Part shown: positions 1 through 9,720 of the stretch, one piece after another
Position numbering within the stretch: position 1 is the stretch's first letter
Layout: the number at the start of each line of letters is the position of its first letter
Assembly: GCA_018676275.1 (NCBI GenBank)
Contig: JABHFC010000098.1
Location: 1-40,161, forward strand
Source: Gammaproteobacteria bacterium
GTDB lineage: Bacteria > Pseudomonadota > Gammaproteobacteria > Eutrophobiales > Eutrophobiaceae
Direction of reading: 5' to 3'
Length of the DNA stretch: 40,161 nt
Position numbers and translations under genes: made by a program
Notes under the pieces: model-generated
The model's input: the letters and a program-made list of their open reading frames with translations, nothing else
The model's database searches: none
What the model was told of the DNA's origin: nothing

Positions 1-2282
1 ATCTGATACAGACCAACCAGACGTACCTTGCTCATAATAATCGGTGTGACCAGAAGGTTCGCAAAGATGGAAAACAGCATTGTTGCGGCAGCTAATGCAC
101 CAAACTGTGCAACAACCGTAAAATTGGAAAATAACAGAACGCCAAAACCCAGAGATAAAGCCAGGCTTGATACGATTAGCGGTGTGGCCTCTTCCTGGAC
201 AGCAATATAGACAGCTTCTTTGTAATTCGACGTTCGCCTGCAAAGTTCATTATAACGTGCGAGTAAATGTATGGTGCCATCGACTGCTATACCGATAGCG
301 ATGACAGCGACCATTGCAGTTCCCGGGTTTAATGAAATATCCAGTAGTCCCATGATGCCGAACATAAGTGCGATTGGAATAATTGCCGGCACCAGGGCTA
401 TCAAGCCACCCTTAAACGAGGTAAACATTGCTGACATGATAATGAAGATCAATGTCAGCAATATCGCCAGGGCTTTAATCTGCGCCACCATCAGGTTTTC
501 AGCGGCAGAATTCACCATCAGATTTTCACCAATGATATGTGCTTTCATCTCCGGACCAATGATGTGTTTAACCGTATCTTCGAGTTCCTCTATGTAGCTG
601 TTCAGTGTGTGTGAATCACTGACATTGTGACGAACGACAATATTCGCGCGACTGTAATCGTGACTAACATAACTATCAAGATCACTGCGGTGAAAAAACA
701 TCAGGTACTGGGCAACCAGTTGTCGTGTTTTCGGCAATGATAATTCGGCAAAATCACCTCTAAATTCCCTGTTCACGAAAGCAAGATGATCTGCCAGGGA
801 GATGCTTCGATCAAACACACCCTGTTTTTTCATGAAATCCTGAATTTGTTTCAGCTTTTCAATGTTTTTTGGATCATGAAAAGAATTTTTCGTTTTTGTT
901 TCCAGGGTAATAAAGAAAATCTTGATACCGGCAAGATCTTCATGAATACGCTTTGTATCCTGAATTAAGGGCCTGTCGCTGGGAAAATAGGATAAAGGAT
1001 CATTCGTGACATAAAGTGTTGAGGCCTGGTAAATGAAAAACAGGCAAAGCAGAGTCGTTCCAATCAAAATTGCACCCGGGAAACGATCTTGGGAATAGCG
1101 GAAACTCTTGATTACCCTATCAGGAATACTGCTGCGTGTTTCATCGCTGTCTAATTGGCGAGCCTGGTTTGGTCCGAATATTGACAGGATCAAAGGAACC
1201 ACCAGTATCGTGATGATGCCGTTGGCAAGCATGGCAAAAGTAGAAGCTATCGCGAAGTGCTGGATCAAGCCAATATCACTAAACATATTACTGGCAAAGC
1301 CCAGGGATGTAGTCAATACAGTCAACATTAATGGTAAACCAATATGACTGGCCATGTATTCGATTGCTTCTTTGCGCGGTTCCTTTTCAGCTGTGGATAA
1401 ACCACGGAAGAATGCTGACATTAAATGTGTGTCTTCAGTCGAGCCGATCACAATTATTAATGACGGTAACATTGCACTGAGAATATTTAGCGGAATTCCG
1501 GTCCAGCCTAGCATGCCAAATGTCCAGACAATGGTAAGTGTAGATGTTGCCAATGGAATAAAAGCAGACAAACCTCTACGCATAAAAAATAAAATGGCGA
1601 GTACCAGTATTAAACCTGACAAAGGACCGAGAAGAACGAAGTCCTCGTACAAACTCTTTTTCAATTCAGCATTAATACGTGGTGAACCAACCTGTGTCAT
1701 ATGCTCAAAGCCTGAGCGGTGTTCGCTCAGCAAGGACTCCATCGCATCAAACATGGTACGACTGAAGTTCTTTTCATCATTAGTATTTTCTACTGCAACT
1801 ATCATTGCAGTAACGCTGCCATCGTCAGAAAAGAAATTGCCCTGATAAAGCGGATTCGCCATGGCATTTTGCTTTGCTATTTGCGCTTCTTCATCCGTTT
1901 GTGGTGCATCGCGCAGAACCGGCTTTGTATCAACTTTGCCGTCTTTTCCATCAATGGTATGCAGGCTATAAAGACTATCGACCCGGCTAACGTTAGGGAT
2001 TTGTTCCAGATCTTCGTGTAGTTTTTGTAGCCTGCCCAGCTTCGCCGGGGTCCATAACTGGCTATCCTTGATATAAATTATTGTCTTGTTATCGGTACCA
2101 AATTCACCAGCAACACGTTGATAGATTAACCTTCCCGGATCATTTGCTGGTATTAAACTGTCAACACCAGTGTCTATTTCCAGTTTGGGCAAACCTCCAG
2201 CGAAGAATAAAGTAACAATCAGAAGTGCAAGAAAAACACCCTTACGATCATTGCAACCGAGCATGAATAATTTGGTAATCAT
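1..2282 (-). CDS. MMPL-family (RND superfamily) transporter, 3' end beyond window edge (about 760 aa visible)
   Basis: Not in ORF track. Manual translation of the N- and C-terminal parts from ATG at 2282 gives MITKLFMLGCNDRKGVFLALLIVTLFFAGGLPKLEIDTGVDSLIP..., a large periplasmic loop, hydrophobic TM blocks, TM4-like IIVIGSTEDTHL and TM10-like IAIGIAVDGTIHLLARY, still open at base 1 (...VTPIIMSKVRLVGLYQI). The ATG overlaps the TGA of the upstream gene (ATGA). Confidence 0.9.
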   Translation of the reverse strand, partial: MITKLFMLGCNDRKGVFLALLIVTLFFAGGLPKLEIDTGVDSLIPANDPGRLIYQRVAGEFGTDNKTIIYIKDSQLWTPAKLGRLQKLHEDLEQIPNVSRVDSLYSLHTIDGKDGKVDTKPVLRDAPQTDEEAQIAKQNAMANPLYQGNFFSDDGSVTAMIVAVENTNDEKNFSRTMFDAMESLLSEHRSGFEHMTQVGSPRINAELKKSLYEDFVLLGPLSGLILVLAILFFMRRGLSAFIPLATSTLTIVWTFGMLGWTGIPLNILSAMLPSLIIVIGSTEDTHLMSAFFRGLSTAEKEPRKEAIEYMASHIGLPLMLTVLTTSLGFASNMFSDIGLIQHFAIASTFAMLANGIITILVVPLILSIFGPNQARQLDSDETRSSIPDRVIKSFRYSQDRFPGAILIGTTLLCLFFIYQASTLYVTNDPLSYFPSDRPLIQDTKRIHEDLAGIKIFFITLETKTKNSFHDPKNIEKLKQIQDFMKKQGVFDRSISLADHLAFVNREFRGDFAELSLPKTRQLVAQYLMFFHRSDLDSYVSHDYSRANIVVRHNVSDSHTLNSYIEELEDTVKHIIGPEMKAHIIGENLMVNSAAENLMVAQIKALAILLTLIFIIMSAMFTSFKGGLIALVPAIIPIALMFGIMGLLDISLNPGTAMVAVIAIGIAVDGTIHLLARYNELCRRTSNYKEAVYIAVQEEATPLIVSSLALSLGFGVLLFSNFTVVAQFGALAAATMLFSIFANLLVTPIIMSKVRLVGLYQ

Positions 2283-3196
2283 GGCTGCACCATTACCTCA
2301 TCATCTAGTTGAGATAGCTGTTCTTCATTATTAACGGACATGACCACTTCTTCTTCAGCCTCTGTTTCATCATCCATGTCTTCTGGTGGAATATAAGGAT
2401 GATTTTGATAAAGCCATTCTGCTGTGAATATTTCCGCTGGCACATAGTCATGAGAAAAAAGTCTACGTGTAACTTTAAGCAATGACTGATGTTGCTCCTT
2501 GATATCCTCTATCAAGATCATGCCCGACCGCCACATATCTCCATCCACCGCTCTGATATCGTGATGACTTTGACGCTTGTGTACCCGACCATGACTATCA
2601 TAGTGCTCAGTCTGACTAATAAAAAAGTTGTCCTGGCGCACAAAGTGACGTCGTAGAGGTTTAGTTAAATTTACATCTTCGTTCAAACCATGCACATCAA
2701 TAGTAAAATACTGCATATTCCTGATTGTTCTGTTTTGTCGTCTTGTATATTGATAATCAGACAATTTTTCTCCAATAATATTTTCGACAGAAAAGTCAGT
2801 CCCCAGGAAATTTCCGTCACTGCTTTCACCTTTACTTTCGATAAGTTGCTCGGCGAACGCTGGCAAATATATTGACTTGGTCATAACTCCCAATGGGTCC
2901 CGTGTAGCCAATACAGCTACACCCCTTATTTCATGCGGAAAATCAAACACCAGCATGAATTTGGCCGTTCCATCTTCTTCCACTCTTGAATAACGATGTG
3001 CTTTTCGAGTATCTCGTTTACCATTGCGATCACTCATTACCATTGACTGCTCTTCGTAAACGTATGGGTATTGCTGGTGACGATTGTAGACCTCTTCCAT
3101 TATTTCCCGACCATTCAATTCCATTGACGACTCTGCATAGGCTAGCGAAGAAATTGCCGTCACTAAGAATAGAGGAATATGGAAAAATAGTTTCAT
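2279..3196 (-). CDS. LolA-like periplasmic 'outer membrane lipoprotein-sorting' protein
   Basis: Likely start is ATG 3196 (MKLFFHIPLFLVTAISSLAYA signal peptide; GGAGGGAG SD upstream), not 3280. Family-like motifs F-x-x-P-x-E-I-R-G-V-A-V-L, IYLPA and FLGTDFSVENI; acidic C-terminal tail. This family is a usual partner of MMPL genes. Confidence 0.75.
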   Translation of the reverse strand: MKLFFHIPLFLVTAISSLAYAESSMELNGREIMEEVYNRHQQYPYVYEEQSMVMSDRNGKRDTRKAHRYSRVEEDGTAKFMLVFDFPHEIRGVAVLATRDPLGVMTKSIYLPAFAEQLIESKGESSDGNFLGTDFSVENIIGEKLSDYQYTRRQNRTIRNMQYFTIDVHGLNEDVNLTKPLRRHFVRQDNFFISQTEHYDSHGRVHKRQSHHDIRAVDGDMWRSGMILIEDIKEQHQSLLKVTRRLFSHDYVPAEIFTAEWLYQNHPYIPPEDMDDETEAEEEVVMSVNNEEQLSQLDDEVMVQP

Positions 3197-3200
3197 TAGT

Positions 3201-3830
3201 CTATTGCTCTCCCTCCAGCGCAAGGATGCTGGAAGATATCTGATCACAAAGCCCGGCAAAAAGATCCTGCATGTCAGCAACTATTTGATCGTAGTCGCCA
3301 TCGTCAATATCGGAGTCACTTTGTAACGATGCATGGTACATACCCAGTTCTTCTTCGTCGGCATTACTCAGTTGCCATCGTGCTGAAAGCTGAACTCTAC
3401 CATCGTCATCTAGTTCGAATTTACCCATATGCACCTGAACCCGATAGTCCGGTAGGGTCGCAGAGCGATTCAATGGTGAGCCAATATCAATCGTGGATAA
3501 CCTGATCGCCAGATTAACAGCCAGAGTTCGCAAAAGATTTTTGCGCAGGTTACCACCCCACTGATTGCGTTCAGAAAAATGCAGACGATTATCGCCATTA
3601 CGCGTGACTATCTGGAAGCGTTCCAGGTACCTTGGTATATGCAGGTCAATGAGTTCAATTGCCAACTGGTTTTCTGTATCAATCTCGGGAGCATTCGCTT
3701 CAACGGCATCAATAAGATAATAATTCACGCCATTCTTTGATCCGCTGCCAAAGCAACCGGTCAATAATGCACATACCGTAATCAACAATAAAACCGGCAA
3801 TAAAGAAATTGATTTGTGATTATTCATCAT
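3201..3830 (-). CDS. pqiC: PqiC-family outer-membrane lipoprotein (ABC_trans_aux)
   Basis: Lipobox LTGC, YYL motif, IPRYLER and NQWGGNL motifs; directly downstream of pqiB with TAATG overlap. Confidence 0.85.
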   Translation of the reverse strand: MMNNHKSISLLPVLLLITVCALLTGCFGSGSKNGVNYYLIDAVEANAPEIDTENQLAIELIDLHIPRYLERFQIVTRNGDNRLHFSERNQWGGNLRKNLLRTLAVNLAIRLSTIDIGSPLNRSATLPDYRVQVHMGKFELDDDGRVQLSARWQLSNADEEELGMYHASLQSDSDIDDGDYDQIVADMQDLFAGLCDQISSSILALEGEQ

Positions 3831-5476
3831 TATTCCTCTTCAATATCCTTGCCGAATATTAATGACTGTGGGTTACGTTCCAGAGTTTCGACCAGAGCGC
3901 GGATAGAACGTGCGGTTTCTTCCAGCTCAGCACTGAGCTTGATGACGTTATACTGTAAGGGTGAATTAGGCTTGAGAACCCGATTTGTCAAAGTTAGAGT
4001 CTCTTCCAGTTTTTCCAAAGCGACATGACCCGCATTAATGGCTTCTTTCAGATTAGACTCATCAACTTTTCGCATTATGCTGCGGAAAGATTCCAGCGAG
4101 TCCTGCAGATCGGAAACTATCACCGGAATTTCCGGATTATTGATAACCTTGTTAGCCCCCCTCAGGGTAGATAACAATTCCGAACCAATTTCTTCGATTT
4201 CCAGCCCATCCAGCTTGGCAACAAATCGTTCGACGGATGCTGTAATTGCATCAAAGTTGGAGGCGGGAATGGTGGGTAATTCCGGAACCCTGGTGTCAGT
4301 TCCACTAAGCAATACTTCTGTATCAGGATGCATATCCAACTCAATAAACAATTGCCCGGTTAATAAACTACCGGTACGCAACTGCGCCCTGAGTCCACGT
4401 TCCACTAACACGTTCATTACATGATAGGGAGAATCCTGCTCATCACCATCACTGGCAATAATTCTTTCCGGTTCAATTTCAATAAGAACGGGTATACGAA
4501 ATGTTGTGTCCTTACTTTCAAACTCCAGTCGGATATCCAGTACAGAGCCAATTTTAATACCTTTAAATTCAACCGGTGCCCCGATACTCAAACCACGTAC
4601 CGAGCTATCGAAAAAGACAATGAAATTAATCTTCTTGGTGTAAGAGTATTCCTTAATAGTTGTGTAATCGTCGAAAAGCGTAAACACGAGATCTTCTTCA
4701 TATTCGGTAACTGGTTCCAGTGTTGCCGGTGTTTCAAACGCGATACCACCGAACACTAACGAAGCCACTGATTCCATTTCCATCTTGAAACCATCAGCAC
4801 CCATCGTTACTTCCATGCCACTGACATTCCAGAATCGGGTATTACCGCGTATTAACTGATCAAACGGTTCTTTTATGAATGCGTGTATAAAAACACTTTT
4901 GCGATCTGTACCAAGCTCATGACCGAGCACCTCGCCGGCTTCCATACCCTGGTAATAAATCGGTGAGCCGGTATCAATTGAGCCCAGTCTCCCCGAGATC
5001 AGGGAAATACGCTTGCCGGCTTCATTAGCGGTGACCACCGGTGCCTTTTCAAGACCAACAAAATGTGATTGTGGCGCCCCCGGACCCGGCTCGATTTCGA
5101 TATAGGCGCCGGAGATCAAAGTGCTTAGTCCAGACACGCCCTTTAAACCGAATTGAGGCTTAACCACCCAGAAACGGGTATTACGACGCAGGAAATGATC
5201 AGTGCCCTTATCGAACTCGCCTGATATCAAAACATGTGACAAGTCATCGCTAAACCGAATTTGCTCAACCATGCCAATAGAGACGTTCTTATACTTTATT
5301 TTAGTTTTACCAACCTCAATACCTTCAGCTGTTTTGAAACTGATGCTCGCCTTGGGACCCTGTTCGGATAATGTCTTTACTACCAACCAGCCACCAACAA
5401 TGACGGTAATCAGAGGTATTAACCAGACCATTGATGGGCCTGATCGTTTGCTCACATGTGGATTAGAGACTTGCAT
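3830..5476 (-). CDS. pqiB: Intermembrane transport protein PqiB (3 MCE/MlaD domains plus helical C-terminus)
   Basis: N-terminal TM (VWLIPL...), AEGIEVGKTKIKYK, TRFWVVKP, TLISGAYIEIEPG, TRFWNVSG, SVRGLSIGAPVEFKGIKIG, C-terminal LERNPQSLIFGK. Confidence 0.95.
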   Translation of the reverse strand: MQVSNPHVSKRSGPSMVWLIPLITVIVGGWLVVKTLSEQGPKASISFKTAEGIEVGKTKIKYKNVSIGMVEQIRFSDDLSHVLISGEFDKGTDHFLRRNTRFWVVKPQFGLKGVSGLSTLISGAYIEIEPGPGAPQSHFVGLEKAPVVTANEAGKRISLISGRLGSIDTGSPIYYQGMEAGEVLGHELGTDRKSVFIHAFIKEPFDQLIRGNTRFWNVSGMEVTMGADGFKMEMESVASLVFGGIAFETPATLEPVTEYEEDLVFTLFDDYTTIKEYSYTKKINFIVFFDSSVRGLSIGAPVEFKGIKIGSVLDIRLEFESKDTTFRIPVLIEIEPERIIASDGDEQDSPYHVMNVLVERGLRAQLRTGSLLTGQLFIELDMHPDTEVLLSGTDTRVPELPTIPASNFDAITASVERFVAKLDGLEIEEIGSELLSTLRGANKVINNPEIPVIVSDLQDSLESFRSIMRKVDESNLKEAINAGHVALEKLEETLTLTNRVLKPNSPLQYNVIKLSAELEETARSIRALVETLERNPQSLIFGKDIEEE

Positions 5477-6720
5477 TATAGTGTCTGATCGTTTTCTCTT
5501 ACGTTATCCCAAATAAGTCGGGGATCAAAATGATGTGCGGCAAACATCGTCACCACCACTACTCCTGCAAAGAACGAGGCTCCGATACCAGGGCGAATAG
5601 TTGAAAGGGCATCAAGACTAACCAGCGCCGACAACAAACCCACCAGGAATATATCCACCATCGACCATGCGCCGACCACTTCAGTGATGCGATATAACAT
5701 GGTGCGATCTTTTGGCCGCCAGAGAGATTTTCTCTGCACCGATAACAAAAGGTAACTGAGCACAATGAGCTTCATGACCGGCACGACAATACTGGCAACA
5801 AAAACTATCATGGCTAAACCCCACATACCAGAGTGGATCAAATGTACCACTCCGCTAAGGATTGTACTGGGTTCACCCTGACCAAAACGTATTACTGTCA
5901 TTACCGGGTAGAGATTAGCGGGAATAATCAAAACAACCGCCGCCATCAATAGAGCCCAGGTCGCTTCGATACTGTTGTGCTTGCGATGATGCAGCGGTGT
6001 CGCGCATCGCGGGCAATGCTGTTGATGGCCTTGCTCTTCACTGAGCAAGCCACAGGTATGACAGTTAAGATATATTGCATCAGGATTCAAATCGGATTCG
6101 TTCGGATTTGAATGAGGTGTAAGTGACCAAAGTACTTTTGGATCAAAATTCGTTCTGGCGGCAGCAAAGATAATCAACAAGGCACAAAGGGCAAAAAATG
6201 AGGTGCCGATAATGACATTCGCGATATCCTGTAATTTAACTATGGCAATCAATACACCCAACATAAACACGCTAACCAGACTCCAGGGTGTGATCATATT
6301 GATAACGCGATAAATCGGACCCATGCCTGCCGGGACATAGCCCAGTCGCACGGATACCAGCAAATACAGCATTCCGACTATTGCTATAAAAGGAAACCCG
6401 ATGCTGGTGAAGAAAATTATTAAGCCCAGATCTCCCATGCCCATCTCGTACATGGCCCAACCACCAGACATCAGTACATTCTCCACAACCCGGCCACCAA
6501 GAGTTAATGATAGAAAGGGAAAACTATTGGCCAGCAATAACAGTATGAGAGCAGTGAAATAAAGAGCCAGGCTACGGTTGAGGGAATCGGGGATGTGTCT
6601 ATACAAGAGGGAACCACAGAAGTCACAGCTCGCCTTGGCGCCCACTGGTATTGGTATATATCGATGCAGATGATCGCACTCGTGACAAGCGCTGAGCTCA
6701 CCCGCCGAAACATCAGACAT
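5476..6720 (-). CDS. pqiA: Paraquat-inducible inner-membrane protein A (two PqiA domains)
   Basis: CxxC...CxxC pairs (CHECD/CDFCG, CHTCG/CPRCA), ANSFPFL, IPANLYPVM, STILSGV, WSMVDIF, FDPRLIWD; stop overlaps pqiB start (TAATG). Confidence 0.95.
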   Translation of the reverse strand: MSDVSAGELSACHECDHLHRYIPIPVGAKASCDFCGSLLYRHIPDSLNRSLALYFTALILLLLANSFPFLSLTLGGRVVENVLMSGGWAMYEMGMGDLGLIIFFTSIGFPFIAIVGMLYLLVSVRLGYVPAGMGPIYRVINMITPWSLVSVFMLGVLIAIVKLQDIANVIIGTSFFALCALLIIFAAARTNFDPKVLWSLTPHSNPNESDLNPDAIYLNCHTCGLLSEEQGHQQHCPRCATPLHHRKHNSIEATWALLMAAVVLIIPANLYPVMTVIRFGQGEPSTILSGVVHLIHSGMWGLAMIVFVASIVVPVMKLIVLSYLLLSVQRKSLWRPKDRTMLYRITEVVGAWSMVDIFLVGLLSALVSLDALSTIRPGIGASFFAGVVVVTMFAAHHFDPRLIWDNVRENDQTL

Positions 6721-6894
6721 TTTTAATCCCCGGAATTGTTCTTATAATTTTTAGTAATACCGCAACAAGATTCTGCCTGTATAAGAACCAGAAGCCAAGC
6801 AAATTATAGGCCGACAAATGCTGAAACTCTGTCTAATAGAGCAACTTACGACTCAAAATTGAATATTTACAGGGATAGCTGATAATTTACCGTT

Positions 6895-8043
6895 TTACTC
6901 ACTTTCTTCTTCAAAAAAAGCATTTATTTCATCCATGCGCGTCTCTGCATCCCTGTAGCCCAGGGCCATTAGTTCTGAAATATAATCCTGTTGAAACATC
7001 ACCATACTTAACAAATCATTCGATCGTGTTTCCTTTGTACCCAGACCACGCGTCATAAAGCGAAATGCTGGTGGTAAATTCGGCTCGAATTGATTAGCCA
7101 TTTCGCCAAGATTCCTGGAAGGTCGCAACAATAATAATTTGACTGGTTCCAAATCATGATCCTGTGGCTCAGCATGAGCCTCAATCAGTGAATTGATCCG
7201 TTCAAGCCGCAGCGCATCATTATCAAAAACATCAAGAAAAATAGCATTGAACATGGAGCCGACCACTTGTGCCGGGGGGGGATAGTCATCGATCATGTCG
7301 ACAGCCTGTTCTTCCGGGGTGGGTAAATAGCGGGTTGATATAGCCAGTATTCGCCGCGCGCCAATATGAATCGCAGGTGACAGGGGCGCCGTCAAACGAA
7401 TGCCACCGTCTCCATACCACTCTCCTTTAACTTGCACAGCAGGAAAAAATAGAGGAAGTGAAGCCGAGGCCATAATATGTTCTACCTGAATATCAGACAT
7501 GACACTTTCTCGGTGTGCCCTCTCCCAGTGTTTAACATCCTCACCATGCACCCAGGTAATTGACTGACCTGTCGAATAACTGGAAGCGGTGATCGCGATT
7601 CCTTTCAATTCCCCACTGGCGATATTGGACTCAATACCTTTTAAACAACCATGTTCAGCTCGAAAGATGCGCTCTAGAAACTCTCTAAGCGGTTCGGTAT
7701 CGACCATGGCGCGGACCTTAACCTGTTTCGAAGCCCTGCCCATAATCAGACGTACAGCCCACCCACCTACATGCATCAGTATTGATGGAGCGTCCACTCT
7801 GAAAACATGATCAATTGTTAATCCGGCCCAGATATTGGCAAGATTTTCGATTCTGCTTTCAAAACTGCCGCTTTCATTTGCCAGGTAAGCTGCGTTGATA
7901 GCGCCTGCTGATACTCCGGTAATTATGGGAAAGCGGATTTCCTTATGATGATGTGCGAGACCACGCAAAAAGCCAACCTGATAAGCAGCACGTGCACCGC
8001 CGCCGCTCATTACCAGACCAAGATCATCGCCCTTAATATTCAT
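6895..8043 (-). CDS. Patatin-like phospholipase
   Basis: Oxyanion motif SGGGARAAYQVG, nucleophile GVSAG (GxSxG), ASASLPLFFP, catalytic DGG. Confidence 0.9.
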   Translation of the reverse strand: MNIKGDDLGLVMSGGGARAAYQVGFLRGLAHHHKEIRFPIITGVSAGAINAAYLANESGSFESRIENLANIWAGLTIDHVFRVDAPSILMHVGGWAVRLIMGRASKQVKVRAMVDTEPLREFLERIFRAEHGCLKGIESNIASGELKGIAITASSYSTGQSITWVHGEDVKHWERAHRESVMSDIQVEHIMASASLPLFFPAVQVKGEWYGDGGIRLTAPLSPAIHIGARRILAISTRYLPTPEEQAVDMIDDYPPPAQVVGSMFNAIFLDVFDNDALRLERINSLIEAHAEPQDHDLEPVKLLLLRPSRNLGEMANQFEPNLPPAFRFMTRGLGTKETRSNDLLSMVMFQQDYISELMALGYRDAETRMDEINAFFEEESE

Positions 8044-8135
8044 TCTTATCGATCAAGATTAATTTCAGTGTTGTCATTATGCCTCTAAAACAAATCGTTC
8101 GCCTGTCTCACTAAAAGTTACTCTCCAATAAATAT

Positions 8136-9365
8136 CTAAATTATATCGCTTATAAATTGAATGCCTTTGACCAAAACAAAAGCAGAGCTCGCCATAAAAG
8201 CAATTAATGATACCCAGGCTGGAAATACTATTATTCCTTCAGGTGAAGGGTCTCGACTTTTGATTCGCCAGAGTGCCAGACTAACAATAGAAAATACCGT
8301 TAGTAAAATAAGTGATGTCGCTTCAGCCAGAGTCGCCAGGCTTCCTAACAACGCCAATATCATTACTATTATTGATGCAATAAGCGTGGCATAGACAGGT
8401 GTTCGTGTTCGCTGATTTACTCTGGACAGGAAAGAGGGTAATTGATTATTGCTACTCAGGCCATAGAGGACACGCGAGGCCATAATTATTTGTATAAGGG
8501 CGCCGTTTATAATTGCGAACAAACCAATAACACTGATTAATACAGCATTCTTCCCTGTGTAATGCTCATAGAGTAAAGCAAGCGGTGCCTCACTTTTAAC
8601 AAGGGTTTCCATTGGTAAACCCAAAACCGTCACTGTCATTATCACCAGATACAATACTGTTGTGATACCTAGAGTTAAAAGGATCGCAAGAGGTAAGTTG
8701 CGCCTTACATTTTTTACCTCCTCGGCAACATTAACCATGTCTTCAAAACCAATGAAGGCGTAGAACGCGAGAATTGCACCGGCAAAAAGTACGCCCCCAT
8801 CTGCGGTGCTGAAAGACGGAATAAATTGAGGCCATTGTTCAGGAAGCTGGGTAAAGGCGTCACGGCTCACAATAATCACTAAAATAAGTCCGCCAATTTC
8901 TATCACTGTGATCAATGCAGCTATGGTGACGGATTCAGCAATACCCCACACAGCAATAACGAACAAAACAGATGTGATTACAATGATGATGAGAACTCTG
9001 TCGACTACAAAGAATTCATGAAAATAACCCACGAATCCGTTAACCAGGGCAGCAGCCGAAACAACGCCCGCGAATGCAACAGCCAGGCCAATAACGGTAG
9101 CAAGACTTGTGGATGAAAAGCCATTTTCTACATACACAGCCTCTCCGGCCGCACGCGGGAACCTTGCTGATAGCTCAGCGAAGGCCATACCAATCAAAAT
9201 TGCCATAATGGATGCCAGCAGAAAGGATGCCGGAGCCAGATACCCTGCCACTGCTGCGAGTTCGCCAACCAGAGCATATATACCTGCTCCCACTGTCGTG
9301 CCAAGACCATAGAGCACCATCATGGGTAAGGACAGGCTACGTTTCAGGGCAGTATTTTCTGGCAT
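8136..9365 (-). CDS. APC-family amino acid permease
   Basis: LKRSL...YGLGTTVGAGIY (TM1), AELSARFPRAAGE, FYAFIGFEDMVNVAEEVK (TM6), SRVLYG, RTRTP; about 12 TM segments. Confidence 0.9.
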   Translation of the reverse strand: MPENTALKRSLSLPMMVLYGLGTTVGAGIYALVGELAAVAGYLAPASFLLASIMAILIGMAFAELSARFPRAAGEAVYVENGFSSTSLATVIGLAVAFAGVVSAAALVNGFVGYFHEFFVVDRVLIIIVITSVLFVIAVWGIAESVTIAALITVIEIGGLILVIIVSRDAFTQLPEQWPQFIPSFSTADGGVLFAGAILAFYAFIGFEDMVNVAEEVKNVRRNLPLAILLTLGITTVLYLVIMTVTVLGLPMETLVKSEAPLALLYEHYTGKNAVLISVIGLFAIINGALIQIIMASRVLYGLSSNNQLPSFLSRVNQRTRTPVYATLIASIIVMILALLGSLATLAEATSLILLTVFSIVSLALWRIKSRDPSPEGIIVFPAWVSLIAFMASSAFVLVKGIQFISDII

Positions 9366-9447
9366 AGCATATTTATATCAGGAACACTCTCATAATTCCT
9401 TTTTATAGTTATAAAAGACCTTCAATATCAATTTTTCTGTCTCTATT

Positions 9448-9456
9448 TGCTATAAT
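9448..9456 (+). promoter_or_regulatory. Extended -10 promoter (TGcTATAAT) for a probable leaderless transcript
   Basis: TGC-TATAAT at 9448-9456 ends 6 nt before the ATG at 9463; no SD sequence present. Confidence 0.55.
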
Positions 9457-9462
9457 TTGAAC

Positions 9463-9720
9463 ATGAACCCCTCTTCTTTAATGACGATGTTTTTGGCTTT
9501 CGCCAATGATCTAAAATTCAAAAACCTTTTCCTGATAATCAGTGCTTTGTTTGTTACCGATCTACTGGTCCCTGATTTTATACCCTTGTTTGATGAAATC
9601 ATTCTGGGCTTGCTCGCCATCATATTGGCTAACTGGAAGAAAGAGCGCAAACTGGAAAAAGATGAAGAAAATGTTATTGAAGGAGAAATTGTTGACGAAG
9701 ATGATAAATCACAGGGTTGA
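9463..9720 (+). CDS. Small membrane protein, DUF6116-like
   Basis: LF...ALFVTDLLVPDFIPLFDEIILGL...ANWK helical-hairpin motif that I recall from DUF6116 proteins; charged tail. ATG 9463 preferred over TTG 9457. Confidence 0.65.
   Translation: MNPSSLMTMFLAFANDLKFKNLFLIISALFVTDLLVPDFIPLFDEIILGLLAIILANWKKERKLEKDEENVIEGEIVDEDDKSQG

Noticed and set aside
28-2021. Series of plus-strand ORFs (60-163 aa)
   Set aside because: Antisense shadows of the MMPL gene; no SD sequences or recognisable motifs.
3197-3280. N-terminal extension of the 333-aa ORF
   Set aside because: Overlaps pqiC; the SD and signal peptide point to ATG 3196.
6895-8043. Patatin as an anti-phage (CBASS CapV-like) effector
   Set aside because: No CD-NTase or other defence genes adjacent; the context is envelope/lipid transport.
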